Shown one piece after another: positions 63,969-64,000 of a DNA stretch of 64,000 nucleotides. Under the pieces are notes generated by a model, which searched no databases, was not told where the DNA came from, and was given only the letters and a program-made list of their open reading frames with translations. Source of the stretch: Octopus bimaculoides (lineage: Eukaryota); NCBI RefSeq assembly GCF_001194135.2, contig NC_069001.1, positions 4,015,840 to 4,079,839 of the forward strand. The letters are read 5' to 3'. Within the stretch, counting starts at the first letter, position 1. Each line of letters starts with the position of its first letter. The position numbers and the translations under genes were made by a program.

Positions 63969-64000
63969 ATTATTATTATTATTACTATTGTTGTTGTTGT

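Overview
AT-rich, microsatellite-laden animal genomic scaffold with many N gaps. The SINE/MITE/LINE repertoire suggests a cephalopod (octopus-like) genome; this is an inference, not provable from the window. Only one ORF in the track is a convincing intact gene: an intronless minus-strand OTU-deubiquitinase + Tudor protein of the OTUD4/ALG13/Otu family (47927-49816). The main unannotated structure is a tandemly duplicated, apparently non-protein-coding, multi-snoRNA host gene on the + strand (copy 1 about 29.7-34.3 kb, copy 2 about 41.4-43.8 kb). Each copy has an identical TATA+Inr core promoter and a 32-nt ATG-less first exon, followed by box C/D snoRNAs. These are a SNORD15/U15 homologue (both copies), a SNORD52/U52 homologue (intact in copy 2, relic in copy 1), a family with a SNORD80/snR60-type D guide (3 copies), and an orphan C/D family (3 copies). 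The rest is transposon debris (tRNA-derived SINEs, mariner, Dong/R4, CR1/L2-type and Penelope relics, piggyBac-type and Merlin-type MITEs) and simple repeats. rRNA targets and human/yeast homologies come from my recollection of those sequences and need database confirmation.
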